Positions 59,157-64,000 of a stretch of DNA of 64,000 bases are shown here, one piece after another. A program made the translations under genes and the position numbers. The notes below the pieces were generated by a model. That model did not search any database and had not been told where the DNA came from. It worked only from the letters and a program-made list of their open reading frames with translations. Source of the stretch: Plasmodiophora brassicae. Its lineage: Eukaryota. Location: assembly GCA_036867785.1 (NCBI GenBank), contig CP145418.1, forward strand, positions 1,240,001-1,304,000, in the 5' to 3' direction. How positions within the stretch are numbered: position 1 is the first letter of the stretch; each line of letters begins with the position of its first letter.

Positions 59157-62100
59157 CTAAATGTCAATTTCAGCGCCGACTATGACAATTATGCAGTATA
59201 CCACACCTGTGAAGGACTTTGTTCTTCTTTCACCGGTTCGCGGTTGACGCCTTGGGCGGGCCGGCTCGCACGTCCGCCAGGTGTACGTTCGGGTGCCTAT
59301 GGTCAATGCGAGCGTGTTAGATGTTATCTTCGCCTGAGTACCGGCGATGTCAGTTTCGAACCAGTTTTGGCGCTGTGAAACGGCGGTTCGCATGTCCAGT
59401 CTGTGCCTACAGCAGGCGGACGGTCAGTAACGCAGTCGAGGCGGGGTACAAGGAATGCCAACCGAAGCAGGCGGCATGGTGCGCGTGTTAGGAGGGTCCT
59501 TGATCACAGTCGTCGACGTAACCGGCAGAGGCCTCTGCAACGTTCCGCCAGTTCAGTCTACATCCCGCTGGCATCACAATATAGCAACTGACCACAGGGC
59601 GTGTCGTCGTGCCACACAACTTTCGGCGCTTCGCACCCTGATGGCTTCGTTTCTTCTGTGGCACACATCCATCGTCAGTCTGCAAACGGCGTCCAACGCT
59701 GTCAACCTGGCTTTCGCGCGACGTCGACTGGCACAGCTCGCTGGTGTCCCTTGACGAGTCATCGCTGTCGTCTTCCGAGCTGGACATCGAGAGGGCGTCT
59801 GCAGCGGCCTGTTGGGAACGCAGTCAGTACAGTAATCCGTGATCAGCAAAGCAGCCAGCGACGAACGATTCGCCTGCGTTTGACTGCTGCGCGGCTCTGC
59901 AGGGTAACGGCGCGTCGACTGCTCCTCGTTCGACGCGTAGGTCCATCGCCGTCGGCAGCAGCGTCGTCGTCAACGGCCTCGTCAGCCTGGTCGGCTCGGT
60001 TCCCCCGGCGCTGGCGAATGGCGGCGACGTACGCGCCCACCATATCGTCGACGATGCCGCGAAACCTCGACGACGTCGCCTCTGCCATCGGCCTTGGTCG
60101 TGAGTCCAGGATCACCAGCTCGAAGGCGTTGACGAAATAGGCATGTGCGTGCCTCGAGCTCAGGCCGATCTCGACGAGCGTGCGCCCCACAGCGCCGATC
60201 AGCGCGAGAGCGTGCTTGTAGGGGCGCCAATCGATGCGTGCAGCGCCGAACATCTCCAGTAAGTCGTCGACGACGAGGACATGCTCAGCGGGGTCACGAA
60301 CGGCGTCGTTTCGACCGGCGCCGACATACGTCAGCACGCCGGGGCCCAGCGCGCGTGCGTGATACACGAGAATCAGGATTTTTTCCGCCGTCGACCAAGT
60401 CGACAGGTCGACGGGAGACGGCCACCTGTCCTTGACGCCCTTGACAGCGGCGTGCACCTGCGTCGACATTGTCCTGTGGCCCTTGGACAAATGCACGACC
60501 GCGTCGACGCCCGCTGCCTGGACTAGCAGGCCGTTGTGCGGGTCGGCCAGGAACGAGCCCCAGTCGATCTTGGTGCAGGCGCCCCGCGCGTCCGGCGACG
60601 AGTGCAGGACGCCCTGGATGAGGGCCAGCGCCTCCCATAGCCAGTGCCGCTTCTTGCTCCCCTGGTTTGCCGACGGGAGGGGTACGTCGCGCCAACTCTT
60701 GCACGCATCAAACAGCGTGACTGACCGTGGTGCCAGCGGCAACGTGCTCAGAGTCATCGGGTCAGACGACGCTGGCAGACGCACCACAGCCGATCGATCA
60801 TGCAATGGCGGGACAATCATGACGACGTGCGCCAATACGGCCAGAAAACGCGACGACGGCGCCCAGCGTCCATCGGGGCGAGCACGCATCGCTCGACGCT
60901 GAGCGACGGTCTTGGTCGCAGACCCCATCAGATCGGACACATACTCATCGGTGATTTCGTCAGGAGGCGGGTCGACCAGGGCGACGAACGGATGGATGAC
61001 GCGTCCCGACCAGCGGAGCAACAGCGTCACGTGGATGCCATCACGTCCCTGACGGTCCCTGGTTCTCTTGACGCGCTCCACCAACGCTTTCGTCACGTTG
61101 TAATCGTCGTATCGTGATTCGGGTATGATGGACATCACGTCGCGCCACAGGGCCCGGTGTGGCAACCGTTCGACGCCCGGCGACATCCAATTCGTTGCGA
61201 TCCAGTTGGAAAAACTAACGGTTGGCAGCGACGACAGCGACGGATCGAGCGTCGATCCACGCCTGCCCAGGCGGTACAGGGCGTCCAGCGACCGCATGAA
61301 ACCCGCGAACAGGTAATCGTGCTCCTGGTCCAGGTCCGGTCGATCCAGAGCATGCCATACCCCGGGCGCCAAAATCTTCCTCTTCGCCAACTGATCGTAC
61401 GTATACGCAGCTTCAGTCTGCAGAAGGTTCAGAGCAATGGCGTCCGGCGTCAGCATTGAGCTCAGCCCTGATGAGATGACCAGGAACCACGACTGGACCA
61501 GGTAGTGGAGCGCATGCCGGTTTCCTCTGACGGAGATCCGCAGGACTGTCGACATCATGTCGACGTAGTCGAGGCTCTGAATGAAATTCATAAACTCGCC
61601 CTTGTTGATGACCAGGGCAAGCGGATCCATGTACGTGTCGTCGACGAAGAAGCGGCCAAACTGCAGAGACGAAGACACGTAGTCGAGAGGCGACCCGTTC
61701 GACAGCCACGGCCCGACATTGCTGTCCGGCGTGGCCCGGTGGTAGAACCGACCTGGGTTGATGGACGAGCCGTCAAAAACCGCATTGAAACAGTCTTCGA
61801 AGATCTGCAGCGCGTTCAGCGACCGCCGATCGATGTTGGACACGAAAGGAGACCGGCGACCGCGCTCCAGCCGGCGAAACATCGCGCGGTACATCTTGCG
61901 AGGGAACACGACATACTGCTCTAGTTTCCGCCGGAGATGTGCCCAGACGGCTTCCGCGTCCAGCAGCAGGAACGTGGCATCGTCGTTGAACCCATCGGCC
62001 TCCTGCCACATGCTGTTGAAGCACGCATGGCGCATGGTCAGGTTAGCGACGTACTCAACGCGGTGCACGACAGGAACGCGTTCGGCGGCCATCTGGCGAC

Positions 62101-63800
62101 AGAATCGGATACGCTTCCGCATCGCGTCCCTCACCGGATTCAACGCCCGCTTTACGTCTTCCTTCTTGACCGGGCCGTACTTCCTAAGCGCGGCGGGCAA
62201 CCCAGCGATCGACTTCCGGACCTTGCCCTTCTCGAACGTAGCGCGGACGGCCGCGTTCAGGGTACCGATGTGGGCAAAGCGGACGGGGTCCACCAGAACG
62301 CGCCCACGATCCCGCGTGCGCTGCGACACGGTCGCGTTGTAGCACGAGCGCGCGGATGCCATAACGGAACTGCAACGTGACTTGCATCCACCGAACCCGG
62401 CGACCTCCCCGACCGGATAGTACGAGCTCTTGCGTGGCGCGATGCCACAGCCGACGTCCAGATCTCGCAGCGCTGAGTAGTCGCGGCAGACGGCAACGGC
62501 TGTGTTGTCGGGGAAGGGTTCGGCCGACACGTTGGACCCGATGTCGAAGCGCGCGCAGTCCATTAACGTTGACGGCCAGAACGTTCGCAAGTAGCGGCGC
62601 ACCTCGAGAACGTCGGCGACACACGTCATTTTCATCAACGAGCGCACACCTAGCGCTTGCATCAACACCATGATGGAGCCGTCAAGCTCATCCTCAAGAG
62701 CCTCCAGGACAGCGCGGGCGGACGAAGGTGGCATAACCACGGGGCGGCGGTGGGCCCCAAACTGGTTAAGGTAGTCGTTGATCTCGTCCGGCAGATCTGC
62801 TTGGCAGGCACTGAACGCAGCGGAAACCGCCCTGGAGCAGTGCTGCTTGAGGGAACGATGCGTCCAACGGGGTGCGGCAGCGATTAAGAAGATCGAGACA
62901 TTTGCCATGGGATGGCAGGCAGTCAACCTGACCCAACAGGAATCGCGGCAACTGCGCCACTGACCGCGACGCCTTCTCGTCGTCTCGCTGCACACGCAGA
63001 TCGTGTACCGAGCTTCCCGTATCCGACTGACGTGCACGGTAGTTCCCGTACCTCTGCATCATGTGCAGGAAGGCAAACGATTTGGCTTCGTGCACAGGAA
63101 AGTGCTGCAGCCAGGTCCCGATCGAAGTCGTGATTGCTTGCAAAGAGTCGACGTCAAACACCGGCCGCAATCGCGGGCGACCCCCGTGAGCGTCTGAGGC
63201 GCGACGCGCCTCATCCGCCAGATCGAAGCGGAACCGGCCGCAGAAGGCCTCTTTCCTGGGGGATCCGAAGACATCCCAGAAGCGTTCGCCGGCGAATTCG
63301 TCGAGGTGTATGACCTCAAACGTGGACAGATCCATTGCTGGTGCACTAGCACAGGGCGGCGTCGACTGGCGGACGAGGTGGTCTACGGAGGGGTCGATGC
63401 GTTCGTCATCGCTTCCGTCGACATTGCTGGGGTCAGGGACGTCGCCGTCATCCATCGAATACGAAGAGTCAGAATCAGTTTCGACGTCGTCCCCGATTGC
63501 GTCGCCTGGGTCAGGGTCATCGCACTCGGAGTCTCCCACCGGATCCTCGCAATCATCACCGACTTCGTCACGCTCAGCGGCTTCGTGTGCATCCCTGATA
63601 CGCTCCAGGTATTCTATTGTGCGGTCGTCCTCGTCCCCGTGTTCGACTGGATCTTTGTGCCCGGTGCACTCCTGCTTAGGCTGGCCATGTCCGTCGCAGA
63701 CCATTATCATCGGGGCCGGCGCCCTTTCACAACTGACACGTACCGCTGACGACGGCAGTACTTCGAGCCAGAGCATCGGCGAGCTGTTCCGCAGGTGCAT
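59157..63800 (-). CDS. Large uncharacterised ORF(s), probably spliced to the USP domain; one frame break near 62910; start uncertain
   Basis: ORFs 62766-63857 and 59843-63037; five predicted phase-0 introns join the second to the USP exon. Confidence 0.55.
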
Positions 63801-64000
63801 CAGGGGTAGCGCTATTGTAGACAGTACCGCCAAAGCTGCCACTCGTTTGACCGGCAACGAGTCGTCGCCCCTTCCTAACCGCTACATTACAAGGGGTTGT
63901 TTGCGAGTTTGGGCCACCGTCAGCTGAGCACAACGGTACCGTTGGAAATAGCAGGAAAAATCAGAGGCAGCTGGGCTGTTTTATTTGGCATATGTGCCAC

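Overview
Gene-dense, GC-rich eukaryotic DNA with many short (~45-70 nt) GT-AG introns. The style (compact introns, cilium genes, ankyrin and GH114 expansions) suggests a plasmodiophorid protist such as Plasmodiophora; this is inference. From left to right: three tandem membrane-anchored GH114 genes (the first broken by a 65-nt poly(A) insert), an MBOAT sterol/DAG acyltransferase, SCO1, tRNA-Pro(CGG), RPL26, a PUB-domain gene, ABITRAM, two tandem U-box-like/ankyrin genes, a zf-4CXXC gene, eIF3c, a TTLL, an XRCC4-like gene, B9D1, mitochondrial TrpRS and GMP reductase. Next come a single ORF that appears to fuse an NAA80-like actin N-acetyltransferase to an ACTMAP-like actin maturation protease (top finding), an SGT1/HPAT-like glycosyltransferase, a dual-PH gene and a secreted F-box-like/ankyrin-like protein. 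The last ~13 kb holds decayed repeats, a USP pseudogene and a very large uncharacterised ORF that can be spliced in frame onto an intact USP-type deubiquitinase domain. Family calls rest on motif recognition by eye; no database searches were run.
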